Source of the DNA: a virus
Length of the DNA stretch: 64,000 nucleotides
Strand: one strand, 5' to 3'
Virus record (IMG/VR): IMGVR_UViG_3300042565_001021
Location: 91,046 to 155,045 of that record
Made by a program: the position numbers and the translations under genes. Position 1 is the first letter of the stretch, and every line of letters starts with the position of its first letter. Positions 54,734-63,637 of the stretch are shown here, one piece after another. Under the pieces are notes generated by a model. It saw only the letters and a program-made list of their open reading frames with translations, ran no database searches and had not been told where the DNA came from.

Positions 54734-55301
54734 TGAGAAGATTCATGTTTACTACAACTAAGTGTGAATAGGCACAGGCGTGCGCTTGTTTAAATGCGTA
54801 ACTTCCATCAGTTGGTTTCTCCCAAATCGTCTTAGCTACCTCTGACCAAGATTTTCCTATTAGGTGCTTCTTGCTGGGACGAATCATCGCAATGAACATC
54901 ATTAAGCGAGGAATGCTATCAATGACATCAGGTAAGCTAGAAATAACATCGAAGTAATTACCGATGTGTATTAACTTCTCGCAGAACTCTTGCTCGTATA
55001 ACTTCTCCCACGGCGGTTCAGTTGTCATTAAATGAACGAGATGCTCTTCCGACTTTACTTGCTCATATACAGATACGTTGAGCACATCGACTTTAAAGTA
55101 TCCGCGTTCTTCAGCTTCCTTATAGTCCAAGGTTGATCGCAGATTATGATCGTGCGGGATTTCTGTAAAGTACACGCCAGATGCGTGATTAGTTAGCTTT
55201 CCATCGTTTCGCAGTATGCTTGCGGAATAGTGTTTGAAAGGTGCTAACGCTATCTCGCGAGATGCTACGTCAATGTCGATGTCACTGTTAAACTTTGTCA
55301 T
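54714..55301 (-). CDS. Minimal DnaE (Pol III alpha, family C) catalytic core
   Basis: SDIDID, HASGV, GYFKVDVL, IRP, YAFKQAHACAY. Confidence 0.8.
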   Translation of the reverse strand: MTKFNSDIDIDVASREIALAPFKHYSASILRNDGKLTNHASGVYFTEIPHDHNLRSTLDYKEAEERGYFKVDVLNVSVYEQVKSEEHLVHLMTTEPPWEKLYEQEFCEKLIHIGNYFDVISSLPDVIDSIPRLMMFIAMIRPSKKHLIGKSWSEVAKTIWEKPTDGSYAFKQAHACAYSHLVVVNMNLLNETLPD

Positions 55302-55352
55302 TATTTATGATAACATAGCTGATGAAGAATATCAAAATTTCTGGCAGAATAG

Positions 55353-55433
55353 ATAAATAGTAGTGCGGGTCGCGATACTGATAATATCCACCCACTCTAA
55401 TCGCTTATAGGAGCAACCAGCATGTCTATTTAT
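55353..55433 (+). ncRNA. Conserved structured leader of endonuclease gene (copy 5)
   Basis: ATAAATA-GTA-GTGCGGGT-CGC-GATA-ctgataa-TATC-C-ACCCAC-TCTAATCGCTtataggAGCaaccagcATGtcTATTTAT. Confidence 0.65.
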
Positions 55434-56123
55434 AGTATCTACAGAATAACTAATCTTTTAACGAATAAAGTATATATCGGGTTTACTTCCGATCCAGAGC
55501 AACGATGGGCAAAACATTGTTCGTGCAGTAAAAGGAAATCTTCTAAACTATTATACAACTCTATTCGCAAACACGGATTAGAAAATTTTACATTTGACAT
55601 TATATACCAGTCTCGAGATTTAACGCATACTAAAAATATTATGGAGAATTATTTTATCAACGAATATAATTCTTATGTTGGACATAAAAATTCCAATGGT
55701 TATAATATGACCTTAGGCGGAGACGGAGGAGACACCTCGTCTAGCCCAAAATATAAATCAGGAATAATAAGAAGAGGCAATAGTGACTGGAGGTTAAAGT
55801 GTAGCATAAGTAAGCTCGGTAGAAATTTAAGGCCACAAACAAAAGAACATATACAAAACCGAGTTCTTTCTCGGTCCGGAAAACCTAACATAAAAAGACT
55901 AACTAAAGAGCAATGCGTAAACATGGCGCGGGATGGAGACACAAATGGACATGCTAAACAATGGTGCTTTATGTCTCCATTTAATGAGAAATTTATCATC
56001 CAAGGACAATTTCAGCAATTCTGTAAAGAGCACGACTTAGAATATTCCGGAATGAAGAAAATAGCAAAAGGCGGCCAAGCTAAGAAAGGCAAAAACTTAG
56101 GATGGTCTGTATTTGAATTATAA
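55422..56123 (+). CDS. Free-standing GIY-YIG homing endonuclease
   Basis: IYRITNLLTNKVYIGFT...RW..H...E..FI...GYNMTLGGDG. Confidence 0.9.
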   Translation: MSIYSIYRITNLLTNKVYIGFTSDPEQRWAKHCSCSKRKSSKLLYNSIRKHGLENFTFDIIYQSRDLTHTKNIMENYFINEYNSYVGHKNSNGYNMTLGGDGGDTSSSPKYKSGIIRRGNSDWRLKCSISKLGRNLRPQTKEHIQNRVLSRSGKPNIKRLTKEQCVNMARDGDTNGHAKQWCFMSPFNEKFIIQGQFQQFCKEHDLEYSGMKKIAKGGQAKKGKNLGWSVFEL

Positions 56124-56789
56124 ATTTGCCTCTAAACACACCTCCTTTATATACTCGGCGTCTGCTACATAATCAGTAAATTTCTTCCCCCAGTAAACAG
56201 GATCTATAAAACGATAGGTTAAACTTACTTGTTCTTCATTTAACGCTTCAATAAAAGCCACGCCCGAAGAACTAAGGTAGATGATCCAAGGGCTAATGCG
56301 ACCATTTACTACCATGTTACACACTTTGTTTGCTGCGCCTTCGCGGAAGATGTTGTTAAAGCTCTTACCGTTCTCATCTGCCCAGCGTTGCATTTCCATA
56401 AACGATCGCTCTAACGCAACCGTAGGATGCTCTTTCCGTAGCTGTTCATAAAGGTACTCGTCGTAGAAAGCCTCTTTTGTCCATTGGTCGAGCTTCTTGT
56501 TGTTCTTTAGCAAAGAGTTCGTAAAGCCAACTGGATCAATTGCTCGTATCTGAACAAGGTATTGCCCATACTTTACAAACGCTGAATAATACGGCGATTC
56601 AACAAAATCACCATACGTCTTTGTCTTGCTGCTACCTTGTGTCATTGTGTAGAATTGTAGGTACGAGTTAAAGCCGAGTCGAACACCGGCTTCGTTCTCT
56701 TGCTGCCAGCGGCGACGAGGTTCACAGAGGTGGGCAGAAAGTGTACTTTCTTTTCGGAACTCTTTCTGACAATATTTACAGGTTGCCAC
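56118..56789 (-). CDS. Hypothetical protein with N-terminal zinc finger
   Basis: CKYC..EF....L..HLC. Confidence 0.7.
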   Translation of the reverse strand: MATCKYCQKEFRKESTLSAHLCEPRRRWQQENEAGVRLGFNSYLQFYTMTQGSSKTKTYGDFVESPYYSAFVKYGQYLVQIRAIDPVGFTNSLLKNNKKLDQWTKEAFYDEYLYEQLRKEHPTVALERSFMEMQRWADENGKSFNNIFREGAANKVCNMVVNGRISPWIIYLSSSGVAFIEALNEEQVSLTYRFIDPVYWGKKFTDYVADAEYIKEVCLEANL

Positions 56790-56796
56790 TTAGTTT

Positions 56797-57270
56797 TTAA
56801 CCCAACTCTTTTTTAATCTGTTCCTTCGTCCATCCAAGTTCTTCAGCTAACTTCTTTACATCTTTTGCGTCGTTTAACGAAGCCAACAGGTCTACATCGC
56901 TTTCCTTCATGTCAGGATATAAGGTAGCTAAAAATTTTTCAACTTTGGCTGTTGTTCCGCCTTCTTTCTTCTTCATACCAAGCCACGGATGATACTGCTT
57001 ACCCATCCCCGGTGATATCGTAGTTGCTGCTAACCAGTTCAGTTTGTCGTGCTTAGTTTTATTGATGTCAAAGTAGTGTTTGTTTAGCCGCAAGTTAGTA
57101 GACTGTAGGTAATACTCTTGTAAGTCTGCGGAGCCTTGAACCGATGCTCCCCAGCGTATCATCAAGTATGAACTAAACTTTTTCTTTTCTTCGTCAGACA
57201 GATTATCGTAGAACTCACGATCCTTTCTGTCCAAAGCTAACATTTCATTGGCGATATCAAGCTTACTCAT
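56797..57270 (-). CDS. Possible clamp-loader small subunit (gp62-like)
   Basis: K.FS.YL..RW..S...N...N pattern, in replication cluster; start MSKLD. Confidence 0.4.
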   Translation of the reverse strand: MSKLDIANEMLALDRKDREFYDNLSDEEKKKFSSYLMIRWGASVQGSADLQEYYLQSTNLRLNKHYFDINKTKHDKLNWLAATTISPGMGKQYHPWLGMKKKEGGTTAKVEKFLATLYPDMKESDVDLLASLNDAKDVKKLAEELGWTKEQIKKELG

Positions 57271-57357
57271 CACTCGTCCTTCATTACCGTCGGCTTCTAA
57301 GAAAGGTAAAAAATACACATAGATCCAGTAACTGGTCGTCGTTATATGGCATAATGT

Positions 57358-57861
57358 CTACCAGCACTTCCCGTAATCTACAATCTCACTTTGTCGGCTA
57401 ATGTCTTTAACAAAGTACGCACAAAGAGGTTTACTCCCATGTTCAGTTAACGGTACTGCTAACATTTGTCCTGGCTTCAGCTTTGGGAAATACCATTTAA
57501 CATCTTGGTAGATGTCGATTACTTCAACTGGATAAAACACAGGGCTAAATCCTGTAAGTGGATTAAAACAAAACACCTTAAATCCCCTGTCATTCACACT
57601 CGTCAGCGGCACAACCTCAAGGTCACCTAAGTCCGGCTCTCCGATTAGAATCTGCCAGTCAATAGGCATGCGGATTACTTCGTCGCCTATACGCAATACA
57701 AGAGCAGGACTGTTAAAGCTCTCAAGGAAAATAAGCGGAATGTAAAAGTAGTCTGGCTCTTTCGGATTGCTGTTGTCAAGTACGCAGAAGCGTAAGTCAT
57801 CTACCTCATCTGGTATCTCGTTCATTTCGTGCGCTTTGTTGTCAAGCGTAAGTATTCTCAT
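57358..57861 (-). CDS. Hypothetical conserved protein
   Basis: Coupled to the helicase gene. Confidence 0.7.
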   Translation of the reverse strand: MRILTLDNKAHEMNEIPDEVDDLRFCVLDNSNPKEPDYFYIPLIFLESFNSPALVLRIGDEVIRMPIDWQILIGEPDLGDLEVVPLTSVNDRGFKVFCFNPLTGFSPVFYPVEVIDIYQDVKWYFPKLKPGQMLAVPLTEHGSKPLCAYFVKDISRQSEIVDYGKCW

Positions 57862-59336
57862 TTGGTTCCTTTAGTGACTGGTTCCCATTCTACCTTTTCG
57901 ATTGTGTAAGGATAGTTGGCTTCTGTATAAAACTGTTTGCGTTTTGTTAAATGTCTCTTGGCAAATTTACAAGTCGAAGTGACGTCGTATATATCAACGA
58001 AGTCTTTGTCTTCTGCTTTACGAATACCCCGACCAATGCTTTGGATAACCCGTACGAAAGACTTACCAGGCTCAATAAGCACAAGGTTAAAAATGCGAGG
58101 CACGTTGATGCCAACAGCAGCGATACCATACGTACATACAGTGACGCCGTTGTCATTAGTTGCGATACTGTCATACTGGTCCTTTCGTTTATCTGACTTA
58201 GTTGCCCCACTTAGGAAGACCGCTCCAGGAATACAGTTGACCAAGGCTTTACCTGGATCAACTCGGTCAATGAGGACTAAGGTGTTTCCTGTTGTGCTAA
58301 TTTGCTGAATCAGCTTTGCCATGTAATAAAGGCGACCTTCTGTTTCCAACAGATACTTTAGCTCGTCCGGATACTTCTTAAACTCTGCGTAATCGATCAT
58401 CTGTACAATATTGACATGACAGTTCGACAAGATACCTTTGTCCTGTAGCTCGCTTGCTCTAACTGTTCCTACTACTTCACCCACTGATACTCTCAGCGAA
58501 TACTTCTCAAAGTCTTCTTTCGGGATAGTTCCAGTAATACCTAAACGAATAGGAATGCGAGACATAGGACCTGTCATCATACCGAGCAAAGCATCAGCTT
58601 TAAGCCCGTGGCACTCGTCAATCATTACGCATACAACACCGTCAATGAATTCGCTGAATGGTACCTGTGCTTCTCCTGATTTAGTTTTCTTAAACATAGA
58701 GTTCAAGCTTTGCCAAGTACAAATAGTGTGCGTCTTATCGTATTCTTTTCGTGTGCCAAAGAATACACCAACATCTAACCCCATGTTTATGTAATCGGCT
58801 TCGGTCTGAAGAACTAAGTCTTTACTCGGAACGACTACAACTGTGCGACCATAAGGCTCGAACTTGTGGCTAAGAACTGCTGTTAGGATCGTTTTACCGA
58901 AGCCAGTTGCCAGGCACTGAATGCTTTGCGTATTGTTTAGGAAGATGTTTATTGCTTCGACTTGGTCGTCGCGCAGCTCAATTGGTTGTCCGGCGAACCG
59001 GTGTCCTTCTGGCCATTTAATATGCGAGTAACTATCTTCTGCTACTTCGACGAACTCAAACTGTGAACCGTAATCTCGCAAATCCTCAAGTTCGATGTTG
59101 TAACCTTCGCTATCAAGGATCGGCAAGATTTCCGGCAAGAGATTGATGTAGGTTTGCAGTGAAAGAGAACAAAAAGATTTTTTCCCGTCCCAGCGGCCCA
59201 ATTTTACAGCTGGCGTATATCTAGCTCCGGGTATCTCAAACTTAAACTTGTTAGATAACTTTTTTCTAACAGCAAGGTCTACCCCTGTGATCTGACAATT
59301 TGTCTCTGACTCAATGATAATCTTACACGTTGCCAT
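57858..59336 (-). CDS. UvsW-like superfamily 2 helicase
   Basis: LRDDQ, ATGFGKT, DECH, TGT, QSIGRGIR. Confidence 0.9.
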   Translation of the reverse strand: MATCKIIIESETNCQITGVDLAVRKKLSNKFKFEIPGARYTPAVKLGRWDGKKSFCSLSLQTYINLLPEILPILDSEGYNIELEDLRDYGSQFEFVEVAEDSYSHIKWPEGHRFAGQPIELRDDQVEAINIFLNNTQSIQCLATGFGKTILTAVLSHKFEPYGRTVVVVPSKDLVLQTEADYINMGLDVGVFFGTRKEYDKTHTICTWQSLNSMFKKTKSGEAQVPFSEFIDGVVCVMIDECHGLKADALLGMMTGPMSRIPIRLGITGTIPKEDFEKYSLRVSVGEVVGTVRASELQDKGILSNCHVNIVQMIDYAEFKKYPDELKYLLETEGRLYYMAKLIQQISTTGNTLVLIDRVDPGKALVNCIPGAVFLSGATKSDKRKDQYDSIATNDNGVTVCTYGIAAVGINVPRIFNLVLIEPGKSFVRVIQSIGRGIRKAEDKDFVDIYDVTSTCKFAKRHLTKRKQFYTEANYPYTIEKVEWEPVTKGTK

Positions 59337-59362
59337 AATATCCTAAAAGTAAATGAAACGAG

Positions 59363-59442
59363 ATAAATAATAGTGTCGATCGCGATACTGGACATATCCA
59401 CCGACTCTAACGCTTTCAAGGAGCAATCAGCATGATATTTAT
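59363..59442 (+). ncRNA. Conserved structured leader of endonuclease gene (copy 6)
   Basis: ATAAATA-ATAGT-GTCGAT-CGC-GATA-ctggaca-TATC-C-ACCGAC-TCTAACGCTttcaaggAGCaatcagcATGaTATTTAT. Confidence 0.65.
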
Positions 59443-60130
59443 CACTAACAAATACACTATATGGTATAATAGCATCATAGCCAATGCTAAAGCAAGAACT
59501 TTGGTAGATGAATATACCGAACGACATCATATTATTCCTAAATCTTTAGGTGGCGATAATTCAAAAGAGAACTTGGTCAAACTTACTGCTCGTGAACACT
59601 TTATTTGCCATTGGCTACTTATTAAAATGATTTCAAATAAGGTCTTACTACATAAAATGCAGTTTGCGTTAAATTCGTTTAGACGAACAAGTAAAAATCA
59701 ACACCGACATATTCTTTCTTCAAGACAATATGAAACAGTTCGGAAACAAGTCTCGATCGCTCGCAGTCAATCTCAATTAGGAAACACGTTTGCATTAGGA
59801 TTTAAGCAGTCACCGGAAACTATAGCTAAACGTGTTGCTAAGGTCACCGGAATGAAAAAGAAGAAGTGGAGTGCCGGACAGTGTAAACGTCTAAGTGACG
59901 CCACTAAAGGAAAGCCAAAACCTCTGGGGTTTGCTGAGCAAGTATCTGCTCGACGCAAAGGAATGCCAAGTCCGTTAAAAGGAAGAAAAGTGGGCCCGTA
60001 CCCAGAAGAACGAAAACAAAAATTACGCATTCCTAAAAAGAAACTAACATGTCCGCATTGTAATAAAGAAGGCGGGTCCAGTAATATGAAAAGATATCAC
60101 TTTAACAACTGTAAATCACTCATCGTCTAG
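59432..60130 (+). CDS. Free-standing HNH homing endonuclease
   Basis: ERHHIIPKSLGG.N...NLV.LTAREHFICH; C-terminal CPHC...H..NC. Confidence 0.9.
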   Translation: MIFITNKYTIWYNSIIANAKARTLVDEYTERHHIIPKSLGGDNSKENLVKLTAREHFICHWLLIKMISNKVLLHKMQFALNSFRRTSKNQHRHILSSRQYETVRKQVSIARSQSQLGNTFALGFKQSPETIAKRVAKVTGMKKKKWSAGQCKRLSDATKGKPKPLGFAEQVSARRKGMPSPLKGRKVGPYPEERKQKLRIPKKKLTCPHCNKEGGSSNMKRYHFNNCKSLIV

Positions 60131-61247
60131 GAAGTGGAGCACATAGATACACTATCTTCTCCGCCTTATTCATAAAGTCCTTCTTTCCTACAGAGTGCAT
60201 CAAATTCGCATAGCTAACCAGAAGCGGTAATCTACCTTCCCAGTCGGTTAGCACTTTATTAGTGTATATGACTTTAGCTGAATAGTCAATGGCTGATTCA
60301 GGTGTTTTGAGGTTTATGAGGCTAATCTCTGACGGATCAAAAAACTGCTCGTATAGAGTAGTATCTGGGGTCAGGAAATTCGGATTATAAACTACAATTG
60401 GCAACCTGTTCACCGCAATCGCCCATTCAACTACTTTGCCTACTGTGTATTTATTCGCATCATTGGCGAAGTCGATTACTTTACCTTGACACAGCTTCAA
60501 AAATTCTGGACTCTCGTTTGCTTTGACAATTTCCGAGATCTCGTCACTTATCGTGTATCCAAGCGGGCCAGCAGAGTCGATAAGAGCCATTGCGTTATCG
60601 AATCCGATGTTGGCCTCAATGTACTCTCGCATTGAGTCTGGTGCGTTTTCAATATACAGCTTTTTGTCGGCGCTGAATTTTAGCTGTATAGCAAACGGTG
60701 TCTTCTCGACTTCGAGAATTGCGTCAAACAACACCTGAACGTCTGGACTAACAAAAATGCGATTAGCATTAGAGTATCCTACTAACCAGCTAACGTTAAA
60801 TTCTGTAATGGCAGAACACCAGGCCCGTTCATCTTGAGACCACTGGATACTGCCTTGTGCTTCTTGAACAAAGGTCTTTACATCGTTGATCATCTTCTCG
60901 TTGAATGGGAATCGAAGCATAAGCTTGTCGTCTTTTCGCGTGAGGCTTGAGGAACGATCGACTACACGCTGACCAAGCTTATACAGCTTTTGGTCTGGTT
61001 GGTCGATGCCTTGCTTCGTTAACTGTCGGGCATAAGTGGCAATGATCTTTTCTGCCAGCGTCGCCTGTCTGTCAGTAAGACCTTTGCCTTGCTGTATTTG
61101 CTCGCTTACACTTGTTAGGAACCCAACGTCGTAGTTAGCGAGAGAAAGGGGAGACTTCGGCATAAAAGTCCAAGACTTTTTTCCGGCCTTGTCCATGTAT
61201 CCGGACATGTATTCGAGGTACTCCTCGATGTATTGGAACTTAATCAT
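60120..61247 (-). CDS. Hypothetical conserved protein
   Basis: Long ORF in operon. Confidence 0.7.
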   Translation of the reverse strand: MIKFQYIEEYLEYMSGYMDKAGKKSWTFMPKSPLSLANYDVGFLTSVSEQIQQGKGLTDRQATLAEKIIATYARQLTKQGIDQPDQKLYKLGQRVVDRSSSLTRKDDKLMLRFPFNEKMINDVKTFVQEAQGSIQWSQDERAWCSAITEFNVSWLVGYSNANRIFVSPDVQVLFDAILEVEKTPFAIQLKFSADKKLYIENAPDSMREYIEANIGFDNAMALIDSAGPLGYTISDEISEIVKANESPEFLKLCQGKVIDFANDANKYTVGKVVEWAIAVNRLPIVVYNPNFLTPDTTLYEQFFDPSEISLINLKTPESAIDYSAKVIYTNKVLTDWEGRLPLLVSYANLMHSVGKKDFMNKAEKIVYLCAPLPRR

Positions 61248-61524
61248 TTTTGTGTCCGTATTTGAGTAGGTACATGGTTAGGTTAGGACCATCAAGCAGA
61301 ACTGATTCGCCGGGATAACGAAGCTTTCCTTGATTTTTAACTTCGTTACCTTTCCAGTCAGTCACCCAGGCTGCTTCTTTCAGGTCAACTACTCGTATCT
61401 GTTTTTCACCCATGCCCGTAATTCGTCCAATCATGAGGGAGGTTATTCCTTTTGGTATTGCAACAGGATCTCCAATTTTAAGCGACCTGCCAATTGCGTC
61501 TACATGTTCGTATTCTTTAGCCAT
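61240..61524 (-). CDS. Hypothetical protein
   Basis: D.IGR.L.IGD.VA. Confidence 0.65.
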   Translation of the reverse strand: MAKEYEHVDAIGRSLKIGDPVAIPKGITSLMIGRITGMGEKQIRVVDLKEAAWVTDWKGNEVKNQGKLRYPGESVLLDGPNLTMYLLKYGHKND

Positions 61525-61751
61525 TATAGTAAGTCCGCCGGGTCGCCCGGTTCAGGTTCCATGTATCCAGAAGTTATTTCGCCACCAGCTAAGCCACCAA
61601 ACCCTTCGACCTCGACGGACCCTTTAACTAGACCAAGCGGTTTTAGCGCCTTCTCTAGCGCAGCAATAAATTCCTTTTCGCTTATAGGTCGGGTAGCAGT
61701 AAAGAGAACCGCACCGTCACAGCGGTGATAGAACGGTTGTTTATTTGTCAT
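61524..61751 (-). CDS. Hypothetical protein
   Basis: Coupled ORF. Confidence 0.55.
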   Translation of the reverse strand: MTNKQPFYHRCDGAVLFTATRPISEKEFIAALEKALKPLGLVKGSVEVEGFGGLAGGEITSGYMEPEPGDPADLL

Positions 61752-61938
61752 TTTTATTTTCTTTCTTCTTGTTAGGCGCTTCTTCGCATTTTGCGTATCC
61801 GTCTTTAATTCTTGCGTTGACTTTCTTCTCGTCTACCTGACAAGCCGCCATGGTTTGGTATTCAAATTTTCGCACAACCTCACAATCGCCTCCCCAGAGG
61901 ATTCCGACACAAACTACTAGAATGTAAGTTGCGTTCAT
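61741..61938 (-). CDS. Small exported/membrane protein
   Basis: Hydrophobic N-terminus, Cys pattern. Confidence 0.55.
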   Translation of the reverse strand: MNATYILVVCVGILWGGDCEVVRKFEYQTMAACQVDEKKVNARIKDGYAKCEEAPNKKKENKNDK

Positions 61939-61942
61939 TACC

Positions 61943-62146
61943 TTACCACGGGTCCTTTCCTCGTTCTGCCGTTAGCCAACCGAGCTCCCACTGATACTTG
62001 CGACTGTAGTCTTTTAGCTCGTGGTCTGGCTCTGGGTTGTCTGCTAACGGTACGCCTGCTTTGAATGCTTCATACCCCTTGAGCCGACACGCCTTGTCGG
62101 AGGCCCGTAGGTAAGCTGCCTCTCCTTCATATGCTTGGCACATCAC
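61943..62146 (-). CDS. Hypothetical protein
   Basis: GY.AF..G....NP...W..GW. Confidence 0.6.
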   Translation of the reverse strand: MMCQAYEGEAAYLRASDKACRLKGYEAFKAGVPLADNPEPDHELKDYSRKYQWELGWLTAERGKDPW

Positions 62147-62370
62147 TTATCCTCCGATAGTTTGTAGAGTGGTGTGCAAAGATGGTGGGGAGAAGTACCA
62201 CAGTCACCATCAGGGTGTTGGTATGCAGAAGGCCCACCATCTTTGATATGCTCCAGACAGGCTTGCCATCCATCAAAGGCGCATTGCTTGGCACCCTCCG
62301 AAGAAATGACCACTTGCATATACTTGCTGGCATTCCACCACCTCTCAAACGCTTCACGCATCGCGCTCAC
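62143..62370 (-). CDS. Hypothetical protein
   Basis: REAFE.W...AF.GWQA. Confidence 0.6.
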   Translation of the reverse strand: MSAMREAFERWWNASKYMQVVISSEGAKQCAFDGWQACLEHIKDGGPSAYQHPDGDCGTSPHHLCTPLYKLSEDK

Positions 62371-62858
62371 TTCAACTCCTCTGGTATCTCAACCTCGTCG
62401 CCCAGCTTAGATGACACGTAGCAGCGCATGGCGGCGATGAGTGGGGTGGGGCCGTTGCCTGACACTCCATCAGGAGTTGATGCTCTCCACAAAGGTGAGC
62501 CATCCTTTGCACGATACTGGATACCTTCGGAAGAAGGTGCGCGAAGCGTAATCCCCTCCCGCTCAATGATCGGGCCTCCTTGCGCCCAGTCGGTTGAATA
62601 AGGTTCAGGGGCGAGTTCAGTAATGGGGCATTGCTCATGTGTTTCGTAGTCTGATGCCCATGTGCGAAGTGCGCCGCTTCCGTCTTCAAAATTCATCTTT
62701 GGATGATGGCAATACTGGATAGCATCATCCCTACCTTGACGCTCCTCGTAATACTTGCAGTCGAAACACCGCGACGGTTTTTGTCCGAGAGTGTTCATGC
62801 ACTTCGCCACCAGATAGTCGATCATGAGCGGTGTTGCTTCACTGCTTTTGGTTTTCAT
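62367..62858 (-). CDS. NinX-like phage protein
   Basis: YSTDWAQGGPIIERE...GPTPLIAAMRCYV.SKLG. Confidence 0.7.
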   Translation of the reverse strand: MKTKSSEATPLMIDYLVAKCMNTLGQKPSRCFDCKYYEERQGRDDAIQYCHHPKMNFEDGSGALRTWASDYETHEQCPITELAPEPYSTDWAQGGPIIEREGITLRAPSSEGIQYRAKDGSPLWRASTPDGVSGNGPTPLIAAMRCYVSSKLGDEVEIPEELK

Positions 62859-63129
62859 TTTCAATACCCCTCACGTATTCGTTAAGTTGTTCTTGAAGGT
62901 TAGCTATGTCGTGACAGGCGGTATCCCAACTGGCTTTTGCTGTCCTCGCATCCTCTTCCCATCGTGTCCGCTCCGCTGTCATGGCGGCGAGTTCAAGAAA
63001 TAATTCCTGATTCTTACCACCAAGAGCGTGTCCAGTAGCTATATGAGCATCCTTTTCCGTCATAAGCTCACGGCGCAAGGCTTCGATCTGTGCTTCTTGT
63101 CGCAACACAACTTCTTCAGGACTTGGCAT
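62839..63129 (-). CDS. Hypothetical coiled-coil protein
   Basis: Coupled ORF. Confidence 0.55.
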   Translation of the reverse strand: MPSPEEVVLRQEAQIEALRRELMTEKDAHIATGHALGGKNQELFLELAAMTAERTRWEEDARTAKASWDTACHDIANLQEQLNEYVRGIENENQKQ

Positions 63130-63637
63130 CGCTTTGCTCCTTCTCGTAGGCTGCGATCATAGCTTTATATACAAGCCCAATGTCTAGTGACGTGCCGCAA
63201 TCAATCATTGCTTGAAGCATAATTTTTCCTTCCTCCCATTGCCTTTCAGTCGGCTCTCTCGGCACCATCACCATGTCAGCAGGGATAGGAGCGGGGTGGA
63301 GGTAGAGTTGAGCACCAAGTACCAGCCCATTCTCTCCTAGCGGTTCGTAATTGCTAAGATACAAGTCGTCGGTTTGAAGTGTTGTGTAGTCTGATTGCTC
63401 CGTCCTTGTATCAACACAAGCCACCGGCTCCTGTTCCTTGCACAGTTCGTCACGGATGCGGGTGGCGAAGTCGGTTACAGCTACGACCTCATCCATGAAG
63501 GTTTCGATCTTTTCATCCAACCACATTATTTCGTTTAGCTTGGACTGCTTCGCCACTCTCAGCGCCATTGCTTCAAAGGTTTCCTTCTCGTTCAGGTCGT
63601 ACTGGGTTTGTCCGTGCGGTAGGTCTTTCATTGTCAA
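63116..63637 (-). CDS. Hypothetical protein
   Basis: QEPVA...LY..P...VMVPREPT...YKAMIAA. Confidence 0.6.
   Translation of the reverse strand: MTMKDLPHGQTQYDLNEKETFEAMALRVAKQSKLNEIMWLDEKIETFMDEVVAVTDFATRIRDELCKEQEPVACVDTRTEQSDYTTLQTDDLYLSNYEPLGENGLVLGAQLYLHPAPIPADMVMVPREPTERQWEEGKIMLQAMIDCGTSLDIGLVYKAMIAAYEKEQSDAKS

Noticed and set aside
57358-57861. Possible Hint/intein-like domain
   Set aside because: No N-terminal Cys/Ser or C-terminal His-Asn splice motifs; resemblance too weak to call
3618-60130. Endonucleases as group I intron or intein passengers
   Set aside because: Five of six are antisense and intergenic, and the flanking genes (clpP, helicase, dnaE core) are uninterrupted; no intron core or intein motifs were seen
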